Shown one piece after another: positions 27,386 through 36,796 of a stretch of DNA of 64,000 nt. The stretch spans positions 257,471-321,470 of the forward strand of contig CAWKFH010000003.1 in the NCBI GenBank assembly GCA_963848845.1. Reading direction: 5' to 3'. The notes under the pieces were generated by a model. It was not told the DNA's origin and searched no databases. It saw only the letters and a list, made by a program, of their open reading frames with translations. The position numbers and the translations under genes are program-made. How positions within the stretch are numbered: the first letter of the stretch is position 1; each line of letters starts with the position of its first letter. Source of the stretch: an uncultured Actinomycetota bacterium (GTDB taxonomy: Bacteria > Actinomycetota > Actinomycetes > Propionibacteriales > Propionibacteriaceae).

Positions 27386-28026
27386 TGGAGCACCTCACCG
27401 GAGTAGTGGTCGGTGCCCTGGTGGCCGCTCTGGCCGCGTGGGCGCTGAACGGCGTCATGCTGCGGTTGGCCACCTCCGACGCCCCGATCCTGCACTGGCG
27501 CCTGCAGGTGCCGGTGGCAGCGGTACTCGGCGGCTTGGCCGGCCTGGCCGGCAGCTGGGCCGAGACCCTGACCTTCGTCGTGCTCGCGATCGCTTCCGGG
27601 CTGCTCACCGTGATCGACCTCGCCGAGGAGCGGCTCCCGGACGCGATCGTGCTGCCACTGATCCCGATCACCGCAGCACTGCTGGCCGTGGCCGCCTGGG
27701 TCACCGGAGACTGGGGTGCGCTGCTGCGTGCCCTCGGGGCGGGGGCAGCCCTGTTCGTGTTCATGTTCGCGATGATGATCTTCTCCCCCGACCTCGGCTT
27801 CGGCGACGTCAAGCTGGCTGCGGTGACCGGCATGGTCGGTGGCTGGTTCGGCTGGGGAGCCGTACTGCTCGGGTTCGGCGCAGCCTGGATCACCTTCGCC
27901 GTCCTCGGGGTGGTGATGCTGGCCACCCGCAAGCGCCACGGCCGGGGGTCCTTCGCTTTCGGCCCGTTCATGGTCATCGGAGCCGTCATCGGCGTCTTCT
28001 GGGCCGGCGCCGCCCTCGCCTGGTGA
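27385..28026 (+). CDS. tadV: Prepilin peptidase, A24 family (TadV/CpaA type, 213 aa)
   Basis: A polytopic membrane protein with the two catalytic Asp contexts LLTVIDLAEERLPD and GFGDVKLAAVTG. It has a 1-nt overlap with the tadC stop. Confidence 0.85.
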   Translation: MEHLTGVVVGALVAALAAWALNGVMLRLATSDAPILHWRLQVPVAAVLGGLAGLAGSWAETLTFVVLAIASGLLTVIDLAEERLPDAIVLPLIPITAALLAVAAWVTGDWGALLRALGAGAALFVFMFAMMIFSPDLGFGDVKLAAVTGMVGGWFGWGAVLLGFGAAWITFAVLGVVMLATRKRHGRGSFAFGPFMVIGAVIGVFWAGAALAW

Positions 28027-28033
28027 GCTTCGG

Positions 28034-28531
28034 TCAGTCCGGTTGGATCGCCTGGTCCAGCTTCAGCGTCCGCGGGGGTGACTGATCCCCGGAAGCCCGG
28101 CGAATCACCAGCACGTCGCAGCGGGCATGCTCGACCACCTGGTCGCTGACCGAGCCGAGCAACAGGCCCGAGAACCCACCGAGACCCCGGGTGCCGACCA
28201 CAACGATCCGGGCATCCTGGGACGCCTTGACCAGTTCCCGGCCGGCCGCGCCGTGCGGCACCTCGAAGGTGACCTGGACGTCCGGGAACTCGGCCCGCCG
28301 GGCAGCGGTCTGGGCCGTGAGCTGCTCAAGGACCGCCGCGGCGAAGTCATCAACCGGCGGGACGTAGCCCGGCGTCCAGGAGCGCGGACGGGGAGCATTG
28401 CTGATCGACCAGGCCCGGACGATGCGCGCCGGAGCCCCCACCTTCGACGCCAGCCAAAGGCCCTTGCGCAGGGCCTCGTCGGCGAAATCGGAACCGTCGT
28501 AGCCGATCACGATCGGGGCTAAGTCATCCAT
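28034..28531 (-). CDS. Universal stress protein (UspA family, 165 aa)
   Basis: Contains IVIGYDGSDFADEAL and the ATP-binding-type motif VVGTRGLGGFSGLLLGSVSDQVVEHARCDVLVI. Confidence 0.85.
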   Translation of the reverse strand: MDDLAPIVIGYDGSDFADEALRKGLWLASKVGAPARIVRAWSISNAPRPRSWTPGYVPPVDDFAAAVLEQLTAQTAARRAEFPDVQVTFEVPHGAAGRELVKASQDARIVVVGTRGLGGFSGLLLGSVSDQVVEHARCDVLVIRRASGDQSPPRTLKLDQAIQPD

Positions 28532-28579
28532 GACCTGACTCTACCGGCCGTAGAATCGACATCGGGTATCAGCGGGCAG

Positions 28580-29914
28580 ATGGGAGCCGTCATGAACCAG
28601 CGCCGGAGGACGTTGATCGTTGGAACGGCCGGGCGGGACTTCCACGTCTTCAACACCATCTATCGCGAGGACCGCCACCACGAGGTGCTCGGTTTCACCG
28701 CTGCCGACACGGCCCCGGGTACCAGCGGACGCTACCCGGCCTGCCTCTCCGGACCGCTGTACCCCGACGGCATCGCGATCCTGCCGGAATCACAACTTGA
28801 GCAGGTCATCGCCGAGCTCGGGATCAATGATGTGGTGTTCGCCTATTCGGAGCTGGGTACCGCTGAAGTGCTCCGGCTCGCCGCGCGGGTGCTGGCCGCA
28901 GGGGCCGATTTCCAGTTGCTCAGCCCGTTGCGCACGATGCTGCCGACCAGCAAGCCCGTGATCGCGGTCACCGCCGCCAGATCCGGAGCCGGCAAGTCGC
29001 CGACCGTGCGCTACCTGGCCACCCTGCTCACATCCTGGGGGCTGCAGGTCGCCGTGATCCGGCACCCGATCCGCGCCCAGAGCTTCGCCGAGGATCGGCA
29101 GCACACGTTCGCCCTGGTCGACGACGTCCAGCTGGACAGCTGTGCCCGGCCCAGCCGCGAACCGTACGACGCGCTGCCCGGGACCTGGGTGTTCTCCGGG
29201 CTCGACTACGCGGCCATCCTGGCCGAGGCCGAGGGCGCAGCCGACGTCATCCTCTGGGACGGCGTCGGGAACGACCTGCCCTTCCTGAAGCCACGCCTGC
29301 ACATCGCCCTGACCGACCCCTTGCGGGCTGGGGAGGAAGCCGACTACTTCCCCGGCGAGGTCGGCCTGCGGCTGGCCGACATCGTGCTCATCACCAAGTG
29401 CGACTCCGCCGGCATCGACCAGATCGAGCAGCTGGAGAGCGGCGTAGGCCGGATCAACCCGGGCGCGATCGTGCTCACCGCCGACTCCCCGGTCCTCGTC
29501 GAAGGCGCCGGGAACGTGATCGGACGCACCGTGGTGGTGGTCGAGGAGGTGCACAGCTTGCGCCTTGGGGCGGTGAAGCCGGGCGCCGGGCTGACCGCGG
29601 CCCACCAGATCGGGGTCTCCGGCATCATCAGCCCGCTGCCCCAGGCCGTCGGTTCGCTGGTCGGCGTCTACCGGCTGCACCCCGAGGCCCAGTCGGTGCT
29701 GCCGGTTCCCGGCTTCGGGGCGTCCGACCTGGCCGAGGTGAGGGCCACCATCGAGGCCACGCCCAGCGAGGGGATCATCAACGCCACCCGACTGGACCTG
29801 GCCGTTGCGCTCGGCGTTGACCGTCCGGTGGCCCGGGCGACCTACGCGCTTGCCCCCCACGATCCCGACGAACTGGCCAGGCTGGTCCGGGCAGCTGTGG
29901 ACCTGCCCACCTGA
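28580..29914 (+). CDS. COG2403-type P-loop protein (predicted GTPase / cyclic 2,3-diphosphoglycerate synthetase family, 444 aa)
   Basis: Contains LIVGTAGRDFHVFN, VLGFTAAD, RYPACLSGPLYPDGI, PVIAVTAARSGAGKSPT, VIRHP and ILWDGVGNDLPF, which match my recollection of the COG2403 pattern. The family call is from memory only. Confidence 0.6.
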   Translation: MGAVMNQRRRTLIVGTAGRDFHVFNTIYREDRHHEVLGFTAADTAPGTSGRYPACLSGPLYPDGIAILPESQLEQVIAELGINDVVFAYSELGTAEVLRLAARVLAAGADFQLLSPLRTMLPTSKPVIAVTAARSGAGKSPTVRYLATLLTSWGLQVAVIRHPIRAQSFAEDRQHTFALVDDVQLDSCARPSREPYDALPGTWVFSGLDYAAILAEAEGAADVILWDGVGNDLPFLKPRLHIALTDPLRAGEEADYFPGEVGLRLADIVLITKCDSAGIDQIEQLESGVGRINPGAIVLTADSPVLVEGAGNVIGRTVVVVEEVHSLRLGAVKPGAGLTAAHQIGVSGIISPLPQAVGSLVGVYRLHPEAQSVLPVPGFGASDLAEVRATIEATPSEGIINATRLDLAVALGVDRPVARATYALAPHDPDELARLVRAAVDLPT

Positions 29915-29975
29915 CCCGCGACGCGGCCGGCGGTCCGGCGGCGCTACGATCTCATGCCTGACCAGGAAGGAACCC

Positions 29976-31247
29976 ATGACCGACCACCGGGTGCTCAGCC
30001 CCGCCCAACTGCTGGCTGTAGAGCAGACCGAGACCTACGGTTCACACAACTACCACCCACTGCCGGTGGTCGTGGAGAGCGGTTCGGGAGTCTGGCTGAC
30101 CGACGTGGACGGCAACCGCTACCTTGACTTCCTTTCTGCCTATTCCGCGGTGAACTTCGGCCACTCCAACCCCGAGCTGGTGAAGGTGGCCGTCGACCAG
30201 CTGGCGAAGGTGTCGATCACCTCCCGGGCCGTCTACTCGGCCACCTACGGACCGTTCATCGAGGCCCTGGCAAAGCTGTGCGGCAAGGACATGGTGCTGC
30301 CGATGAATACCGGCGTCGAGGCGGTCGAGTCGTCCCTGAAGCTGGCCCGCAAGTGGGGCTACGAAGTGAAGGGCGTACCCGAGGACCTGGCCAACATCAT
30401 CGTGATGGAAGGCAACTTCCACGGCCGCACGATCAGCGTGATCTCGTTCTCCTCCGACGACGACGCCACCACCAACTACGGCCCGTTCACCCCCGGTTTC
30501 GTCCAGGTTCCCTACGGCGACCTTGCCGCGATGGAGGCGGCAATGGATGAGCACACCGTGGCCATCCTGGTCGAGCCGATCCAGGGCGAGGCAGGTGTGA
30601 TCACCCCGCCGCCCGGCTTCCTGCACGGCGTCCGGGAGCTTGCCGACCGGCACCGCGTCCTGATGATCGCCGACGAGATCCAGTCCGGGCTCGGCCGCAC
30701 CGGCAGCACCTTCTACTGCGAACAGGTCGGCGTCGTGCCCGACCTCTACCTGCTCGGCAAGGCCCTCGGCGGTGGCGTGGTTCCGGTGTCGGCAGTGGTG
30801 GGGAACGCCGACATCCTCGGCCTGCTGAAGCCCGGCCAGCACGGGTCGACCTTCGGCGGCAACCCGCTGGGCGCAGCGGTCGGCCTCGCCGTCGTGCGGC
30901 TGCTCGAGACCGGCGAGATGCAGCGGAACTCCCGGGAGCTGGGCGCCCACCTGCACAGCCGGCTCAACGAACTGCTCGGACACGGCGTGACAGAGGTGCG
31001 TGGCATCGGCCTTTGGGCAGGAGTGGACATCGACCCGGCACTCGGCAGCGCCCGCAGCATCTGCGAGCGGATGCTCGCCAAGGGCGTGATCGCCAAGGAC
31101 ACCCACGGTTCAACGATTCGTTTGGCTCCGCCGCTGGTGATCACGCGCGAGGAACTCGACGAGGGCGTGGACGTGCTCGCGGAATGCCTGGCAGAGGCCC
31201 GGACAGAGACGCAGGCCGACGCCGGACTGGTTGCCTCGCTCTCGTGA
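29976..31247 (+). CDS. rocD: Ornithine aminotransferase (class III PLP aminotransferase, 423 aa)
   Basis: ATG 29976 is preceded by AGGAAGG. Contains YGSHNYHPLPVVVESGSGVWLTDVDGNRYLDFLSAYSAVNFGH, ADEIQSGLGRTG and LGKALGGG. The upstream part of ORF 29805.. is junk overlapping the previous gene. Confidence 0.85.
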   Translation: MTDHRVLSPAQLLAVEQTETYGSHNYHPLPVVVESGSGVWLTDVDGNRYLDFLSAYSAVNFGHSNPELVKVAVDQLAKVSITSRAVYSATYGPFIEALAKLCGKDMVLPMNTGVEAVESSLKLARKWGYEVKGVPEDLANIIVMEGNFHGRTISVISFSSDDDATTNYGPFTPGFVQVPYGDLAAMEAAMDEHTVAILVEPIQGEAGVITPPPGFLHGVRELADRHRVLMIADEIQSGLGRTGSTFYCEQVGVVPDLYLLGKALGGGVVPVSAVVGNADILGLLKPGQHGSTFGGNPLGAAVGLAVVRLLETGEMQRNSRELGAHLHSRLNELLGHGVTEVRGIGLWAGVDIDPALGSARSICERMLAKGVIAKDTHGSTIRLAPPLVITREELDEGVDVLAECLAEARTETQADAGLVASLS

Positions 31248-31274
31248 GGTGACCTCCAGCCCGAGGCGCCGACG

Positions 31275-32819
31275 CTAGCCCCGACCTGCCTGCGCAGGCA
31301 CCCAGAGTTCCAGGTCTTTCCCCGCTGCCTGCAGGATCCACTCGGGTGAGGACCGAAGGCCACGCAAGAGGCCTAAGGTCAGCCCATCGGTGACGTCCAG
31401 AAGGATGCACCTCGTGCCATCAGGAACGACCCGCTGGGCAGTTCCTCCGAGATACGCGGAGGTGAGGATGAGCATGTCCCTGCCAAAGAAATCCGCCCTG
31501 CCGTCCATCCACACGGGCACGTCCGGTCGCAGCAGCACCACCGAGCCACCGATGCCCGGAGCGGAGAACAGGTTGCAGCCGGCCGGCAACTGGGCCGCGA
31601 AGGCCCGCTCGGGAGGTTCGCCGTGCTGTCCAGCGAGAACCACCAACCCGGGCGAGAGCACAACCAGGGTGGCAGAAAGGACAATCCTCCAGAACCGCCC
31701 GCTGCTGTAGTCCTGCAACCGAGCCCGGAACCCCACCGAAGCGGGCCAGGCCACCATGCGGAGTCGCAACCAGTCCACGGCACGGGTCGCCGCTGCCGCA
31801 GCGACCGGTGAGAGCATGAGCAGCGACACTCCCAGGAAGCGGATTGCCACAAGCCCGGCCACCGCTGCCGGAACCCCAATCATCGCCAGTGCGGCCAGTT
31901 CGCGAACGGGCTGACCTGCTCGCCAACGTCGTCTGAGCCACCAACCGGTTCCGGCGGCGAGCACCAGCGCCACAACCAGCATCACCGAGCTGATGAGCAC
32001 CAGCCGCGGCGGCAGCCTTGTATCGAACGGCGACATCCATTCGGTGATGATGCCCTCGCAGGCATCCTGCACTGCCCGGGAACGCGCCAAGCCCGTCGCC
32101 ACCCCGTAGGGCGACATCAGGGTGCCAAGCGCCCACCCGAAGCCACCGCCGACAATCAGCGCCCAGCGCCGGCCAGCTGTAAGGCCTGACGTCAGCATCC
32201 AGATAAGGGCCCAGACCACTGCCATTGCCGGTCCGAGCAGAAGGAACGACAGATGGAGCCAGTTCCCCAGTGTGGAGAGACCAAGGGCCAGGATGGTGAC
32301 GCCGGTGGTGAGTGCGAACACTGGCGCAGCGCCGGCGCGATCGCTGATTCGAAGCGCCACGTACACGGCGAAGAGCAGCACCACTTGCACGGCGAGCGTC
32401 GCGCGCGCATTGAGCATTGAGTAGGCGGCTGCCATGACCACCAGCAGTCCCAGCAGGCCCGGCAACGGTCGCGACCCGAGCCTCCGGCCGAGCAGGTTCA
32501 CGATCACCATCAACAGCACGATTGAGGTGGCCGAGAGGACGAAGAACCCCCAGAAGCTGCCGAGCTGGTACGAGTATGCGAGCAGGATGTTCCACAGTGG
32601 TGAGTTCGGGTACCAGTTACCCTCGACCCCGGACCACGTCCAGGTGTCCGGCCTGGCCAGCGGCACGCCAGCGAGGTTCTCAATGCCGGCGCGGATCTGC
32701 CAGTACGGGTCACGTTCCTCCATGTGACCGGCCCGGATCAAGGCCAGCGAGCCCAGGAATCCCCAGAGCACGAGACTGTCCCAGCGGCGCTCCCGGTTCG
32801 CGCCGGCCGGCTTGCTCAT
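31275..32819 (-). CDS. Large polytopic membrane protein, function unknown (possible GT-C-type glycosyltransferase, 514 aa)
   Basis: Start ATG 32819 (MSKPAGANRERRWDSLVLWGFLGSLAL). There are more than 10 predicted TM helices with a C-terminal soluble part. No diagnostic motif was recognised. Confidence 0.55.
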   Translation of the reverse strand: MSKPAGANRERRWDSLVLWGFLGSLALIRAGHMEERDPYWQIRAGIENLAGVPLARPDTWTWSGVEGNWYPNSPLWNILLAYSYQLGSFWGFFVLSATSIVLLMVIVNLLGRRLGSRPLPGLLGLLVVMAAAYSMLNARATLAVQVVLLFAVYVALRISDRAGAAPVFALTTGVTILALGLSTLGNWLHLSFLLLGPAMAVVWALIWMLTSGLTAGRRWALIVGGGFGWALGTLMSPYGVATGLARSRAVQDACEGIITEWMSPFDTRLPPRLVLISSVMLVVALVLAAGTGWWLRRRWRAGQPVRELAALAMIGVPAAVAGLVAIRFLGVSLLMLSPVAAAAATRAVDWLRLRMVAWPASVGFRARLQDYSSGRFWRIVLSATLVVLSPGLVVLAGQHGEPPERAFAAQLPAGCNLFSAPGIGGSVVLLRPDVPVWMDGRADFFGRDMLILTSAYLGGTAQRVVPDGTRCILLDVTDGLTLGLLRGLRSSPEWILQAAGKDLELWVPAQAGRG

Positions 32820-32910
32820 CCCTGATTCCCTCCGCGGTTGCCGCAGACACCATAGCGGCGAACACCCGCGGCCGAGGTGCCGGCCACCCCGGGGCAATCC
32901 GCCGGAATTG

Positions 32911-32948
32911 CCAGAATCTGGGCGCCCCCCGGGTAGCCCAGATTCTGG
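32911..32948 (-). terminator. Stem-loop about 23 nt after the yceI stop
   Basis: CCAGAATCTGGGC - 12 nt - GCCCAGATTCTGG forms a perfect 13-bp stem. Confidence 0.5.
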
Positions 32949-32970
32949 TAGGTCGATCGAGTGGTAAGGC

Positions 32971-33537
32971 TCAGGCGGCCTTGACCGCAGAGACCTCCAG
33001 CTCGAGGGTCACCTTGTCGGCAACCAGCACGCCGCCGGTCTCCAGCGCCGCGTTCCAGGTGAGACCCCAGTCCTTCCGGTTCACGACGACCTGGCCCTCG
33101 AAGCCCACCCGGCTGTTGCCGAACGGGTCGACGGCGACGCCACCGAAGGCGAACGGGACGGTGACGGACCTGGTGACATCCTTGATGGTCAGGTCACCGG
33201 TGACGTTGACGGTCTCTTCGTCGCTGATGGCGAAGTCGGTCGCCTTGAAGGTGATGGTCGGGAAGGTGGCGGCGTCGAAGAAGTCGGGGCTCTGCAGGTG
33301 GCCGTCGCGACCGGCGTCCCTGGTGTCGACGCTGGCGACCTGGATGGTCACGTCGAGGTTCGAGGCGGACGGGTTCGCGCCGTCGATGCTGGCGGTGCCT
33401 GAAACGTCGTTGAACGCGCCGCGCACCTTGGCGATCATCGCGTGGCGGGTGACGAAGCCGACCCGGGAGTGGGACGGGTCGAGGTTGTAGGTCCCGGAAA
33501 GGTCCTGCAGGCGAGCGGACTGGGTGGCTGTGGTCAT
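32971..33537 (-). CDS. YceI-family (polyisoprenoid-binding) protein, 188 aa
   Basis: Contains YNLDPSHSRVGFVTRHAMIAKVRGAFNDVSG...VDTRDAGRDGHLQSPDFFDAATFPTITFK, the typical YceI pattern. Confidence 0.85.
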   Translation of the reverse strand: MTTATQSARLQDLSGTYNLDPSHSRVGFVTRHAMIAKVRGAFNDVSGTASIDGANPSASNLDVTIQVASVDTRDAGRDGHLQSPDFFDAATFPTITFKATDFAISDEETVNVTGDLTIKDVTRSVTVPFAFGGVAVDPFGNSRVGFEGQVVVNRKDWGLTWNAALETGGVLVADKVTLELEVSAVKAA

Positions 33538-33555
33538 TGGGGTTCCTCCTGAAGC

Positions 33556-33608
33556 ATTGTTGAACTCTCAACTAAAACCATAGTACCCGATTGTTGATTC
33601 GTCAACTA
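33556..33608. promoter_or_regulatory. Paired AT-rich palindromes ATTGTTGA-N4-TCAACTA in the yceI/gltA divergent region (candidate operators)
   Basis: 33556-33574 is ATTGTTGAACTCTCAACTA. 33590-33608 is ATTGTTGATTCGTCAACTA. They are 34 bp centre to centre. Confidence 0.45.
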
Positions 33609-33727
33609 TTGCCTGGGCCAGCCGTCCCCCAAGGCCCTGCCGAGGGGTGTGGCCGGGAGGTAAGGTGACAGCACCACTCAGCCGGACGGCGCGCCGCCGC
33701 CCGTCCGACGACCTGTACGGAGGATGG

Positions 33728-35011
33728 ATGAGCAACGCGACCTTCAGCCACGACGAGGTCAGCCTGGAGCTCCCGCTGGCGGAGGCGACGCAGGGCAACA
33801 ACGGGTTCGACATCACCAAGCTCCTCGCCGTCACCGGCGACACCACGCTCGATGTCGGTTTTGCCAACACCGCTTCCTGCCGGTCGGCCATCACCTTCAT
33901 CGACGGTGACGCAGGCATCCTGCGCTACCGCGGCTACCCGATCGAGCAGCTGGCGGAGACGTCGAGCTTCCTCGAGGTCTCCTACCTCGTGCTCAACGGT
34001 GAGTTGCCCACCCCAGCCCAGCTGCACGAGTTCTCGACTGGCATCGCGAAGTACCACCTGATCGACGAGCGGATGCGGGAGATGTTCCGCTCCATGCCCC
34101 GCAAGTCGCATCCCATGCCAGTGCTGGCGGCCGGCCTGAACGCGCTCTCCACCTTCGCCGAGTCCAAGTACGGCGCCGGCGCCCACGACCCCGACCGGGC
34201 GACCCACCTGCTGCTGGGCGCGATGCCAACCCTCGCCGCCTACGGCTACAAGAACTCTGTCGGTCAGCCGTTCCTGTACGCCGACGACTCCCTCAGCTAC
34301 ATCGAGAACTTCCTGCGCATGTCGTTCGGCCTGCCGACCGGCCCCTACCCGTTCGACGACGCCTTCACCAGGGCGCTCGACGTGCTGCTGATCCTGCATG
34401 CCGACCACGAGCAGAACTGCTCCACCTCCACCGTCCGCATGGTCGGCTCATCCGGAGCGAACATCTACGTCTCGGTCGCAGCCGGCGTGAATGCCCTTTC
34501 CGGTCCGCTGCACGGCGGTGCCAACCAGGCCGTGCTCGAGATGCTGAAGGGCATCCGCGAGGAGGGCAGCGACGTGGCCAGCTACGTGAACAAGGTGAAG
34601 GACAAGAAGGACACCACCAAGCTGATGGGCTTCGGCCACCGGATCTACAAGAACTACGATCCGCGCGCTGCGATCATCAAGAAGCACGCCGACGAGATCC
34701 TGCGGAACCTCAACGGCAACGACGAACTGCTCGACCTCGCCGTCCAGCTGGAAGATGCGGCGCTGTCGGACCCGTACTTCCAGGAACGCAAGCTCTACCC
34801 GAACGTGGACTTCTACACCGGCCTGATCTACCAGGCAATGGGCTTCCCGCAGAACATGTTCACGGTGCTGTTCGCCCTCGGCCGACTGCCCGGCTGGCTC
34901 GCGCACTGGCGCGAGCAGGCGAGCGACCCGGCCACGAAGATCGGCCGTCCGCGCCAGGTCTACATCGGTGAGGTCGCGCGCGACTACGTGCCGATCGAAC
35001 AGCGCGGCTGA
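33728..35011 (+). CDS. gltA: Citrate synthase (type II, 427 aa)
   Basis: The start is at ATG 33728 (MSNATFSHDEV). Contains ITFIDGDAGILRYRGYPIEQLAE and the signature GFGHRIYKNYDPRA. Confidence 0.9.
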   Translation: MSNATFSHDEVSLELPLAEATQGNNGFDITKLLAVTGDTTLDVGFANTASCRSAITFIDGDAGILRYRGYPIEQLAETSSFLEVSYLVLNGELPTPAQLHEFSTGIAKYHLIDERMREMFRSMPRKSHPMPVLAAGLNALSTFAESKYGAGAHDPDRATHLLLGAMPTLAAYGYKNSVGQPFLYADDSLSYIENFLRMSFGLPTGPYPFDDAFTRALDVLLILHADHEQNCSTSTVRMVGSSGANIYVSVAAGVNALSGPLHGGANQAVLEMLKGIREEGSDVASYVNKVKDKKDTTKLMGFGHRIYKNYDPRAAIIKKHADEILRNLNGNDELLDLAVQLEDAALSDPYFQERKLYPNVDFYTGLIYQAMGFPQNMFTVLFALGRLPGWLAHWREQASDPATKIGRPRQVYIGEVARDYVPIEQRG

Positions 35012-35120
35012 ACCGGCTGCGGGCCCTCAGCCTGACCGGACCCTGATAGCCCGCCGACGCTTCGAATGCGACGTCCGAAACCCGCGAGCCGCGGGCCGGG
35101 TGGGCAGCTAGCGTGACCAG

Positions 35121-36020
35121 GTGACCGCAACCTCACCCGTCCGGACCGTCGCTCCACCACGGTTGTCGCCGCTAGTGGTCGTGGCGATCATCGTCACGGT
35201 GCTCGCCTGGGCGAGCGCCTTCATCGTCATTCGAGGCACGGCCCCATTCTTCAGCGGCGGCGCCCTCGCCCTCGGGCGCCTGCTTGTCGCCTCGGCGCTG
35301 CTCAGCCTCGCCATGATCGGGCGGCGGTGGGTGCGTCCGACCAGGCGGGAGTGGCTACAAGTCGGCGCGTTCGGGGTCGCCTGGTTCGGCGCCTACAACG
35401 TCGCGCTGAACATTGCCGAACAGACCCTGGACGCGGGGACGACGGCCATGGTCGTCAACACCGGCCCCATCCTGATCGCCCTCGGCGCCGGCTGGATCCT
35501 CCGCGAGGGCATCCCGAAGTGGCTCGCGATCGGCGCCGGGATCGCATTCGTCGGCGTCGTCTGCATAGGCCTTGGCACCAGCGGCGCCGGTTTCGGCTCG
35601 GGGGTCGGCGTGCTCTGGGCACTTGTCGCCGCAGTCACCTACGCGGCCGGCGTGCTCTTCCAGAAGCCCGCTCTGCGGCGCCTGCCGGCAGCACAGGTCA
35701 CCTGGCTGGGCTGCCTGATCGGCATGATGACCTGCCTGCCCTTCGCTGGCGAACTAGTCAGCGGGGTCGCGACCGCGCCCCCGCCGGCGATCCTGGGCGT
35801 CGTCTACCTCGGCGCCATACCTTCCGCCCTCGCCTTCAGCACCTGGGCCTACGCCCTCGCGCGGATGCCAGCTGGCCAGCTCGGCATCTCGACCTACGTC
35901 GTGCCGCCGCTGGCCATAGTGCTCGGCTTCATCGTCTTCGCTGAGGTGCCCGCGACGCTGGCGATCATCGGTGGGGCGATCTGCCTGGCCGGTGTCGCGC
36001 TGAGCCGCCGCCGGGGCTAG
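35121..36020 (+). CDS. DMT-superfamily (EamA-type) transporter, 299 aa
   Basis: About ten TM helices in two halves (LVVVAIIVTVLAWASAFIVIRG ... ; ...IIGGAICLAGVALSRRR). GTG start. Confidence 0.75.
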   Translation: MTATSPVRTVAPPRLSPLVVVAIIVTVLAWASAFIVIRGTAPFFSGGALALGRLLVASALLSLAMIGRRWVRPTRREWLQVGAFGVAWFGAYNVALNIAEQTLDAGTTAMVVNTGPILIALGAGWILREGIPKWLAIGAGIAFVGVVCIGLGTSGAGFGSGVGVLWALVAAVTYAAGVLFQKPALRRLPAAQVTWLGCLIGMMTCLPFAGELVSGVATAPPPAILGVVYLGAIPSALAFSTWAYALARMPAGQLGISTYVVPPLAIVLGFIVFAEVPATLAIIGGAICLAGVALSRRRG

Positions 36021-36118
36021 CCCGACCGGTGCCGCCGCAGCAGCAAGTTCGTTGACGCCGCCGGTATCAGGGCCTCCCCACGCCGCTCCAATCAGCGGAG
36101 TCAACCAAGGAGGCGTAC

Positions 36119-36796
36119 ATGTTTGTCGTCAAGCTCACCGTGCTCGTTTCAGCATTCTCCCTTGCGGGGGCACTGTTGGTGCCATCAACCCAGGCAGCGG
36201 CCGCCCGCCCGCTGGCCATGCCGACCGTGGCCACCCGGACCGTCCAGGTGGACGTCGACGGCGATGGCCTGGTCGACGAGGTGACCGTCGAACAGAACGC
36301 GCCGCACTCGTACGTTGTCAATGTGGTCACGGCCGCCGGTCAGGACGACGTGGTGCAGTTCGCGTCGACGATCGAGGACGACTGGGGCATCGAACCCTGG
36401 TACGGCGCCGCCCGCATGGACCGCGTCAAGGGCTACGAACTGCTCCTGCTCACCTCGGGAGGCGACGGGGTGATGTTCCGCGTGCTCACGTGGCGCACGG
36501 GCGGTCTCGTGTTCCAGCGCGCTCCCAAGACCCTGATGAAGGGCTCCTACGACTGGTACCTCGCCGACCTAGGCTGGGTCAGGTTCGGCTACCGGTTCAC
36601 GACCACCAACGGCCGCCGCTACGTCCGCGACTTCGAGCTCTACCGCAACGGCAAGTACTGGAAGGGCACCATCGTGAAGTCGGTGTGGAAGTCCGGCGCC
36701 TGGCGCAAGGTCAGCTCAGCCAAGGTGAAGCTCACGAAGGCCCAGGCGAAGACCTACGACTGGCTGAGCGGCTTGAATGTGATCGCCCAGCCCTAG
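36119..36796 (+). CDS. Secreted hypothetical protein, 225 aa
   Basis: The signal peptide is MFVVKLTVLVSAFSLAGALLVPSTQAAAA. A DVDGDGLVDEV (FG-GAP/EF-like) segment is present and GGAGG precedes the ATG. No family recognised. Confidence 0.6.
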   Translation: MFVVKLTVLVSAFSLAGALLVPSTQAAAARPLAMPTVATRTVQVDVDGDGLVDEVTVEQNAPHSYVVNVVTAAGQDDVVQFASTIEDDWGIEPWYGAARMDRVKGYELLLLTSGGDGVMFRVLTWRTGGLVFQRAPKTLMKGSYDWYLADLGWVRFGYRFTTTNGRRYVRDFELYRNGKYWKGTIVKSVWKSGAWRKVSSAKVKLTKAQAKTYDWLSGLNVIAQP

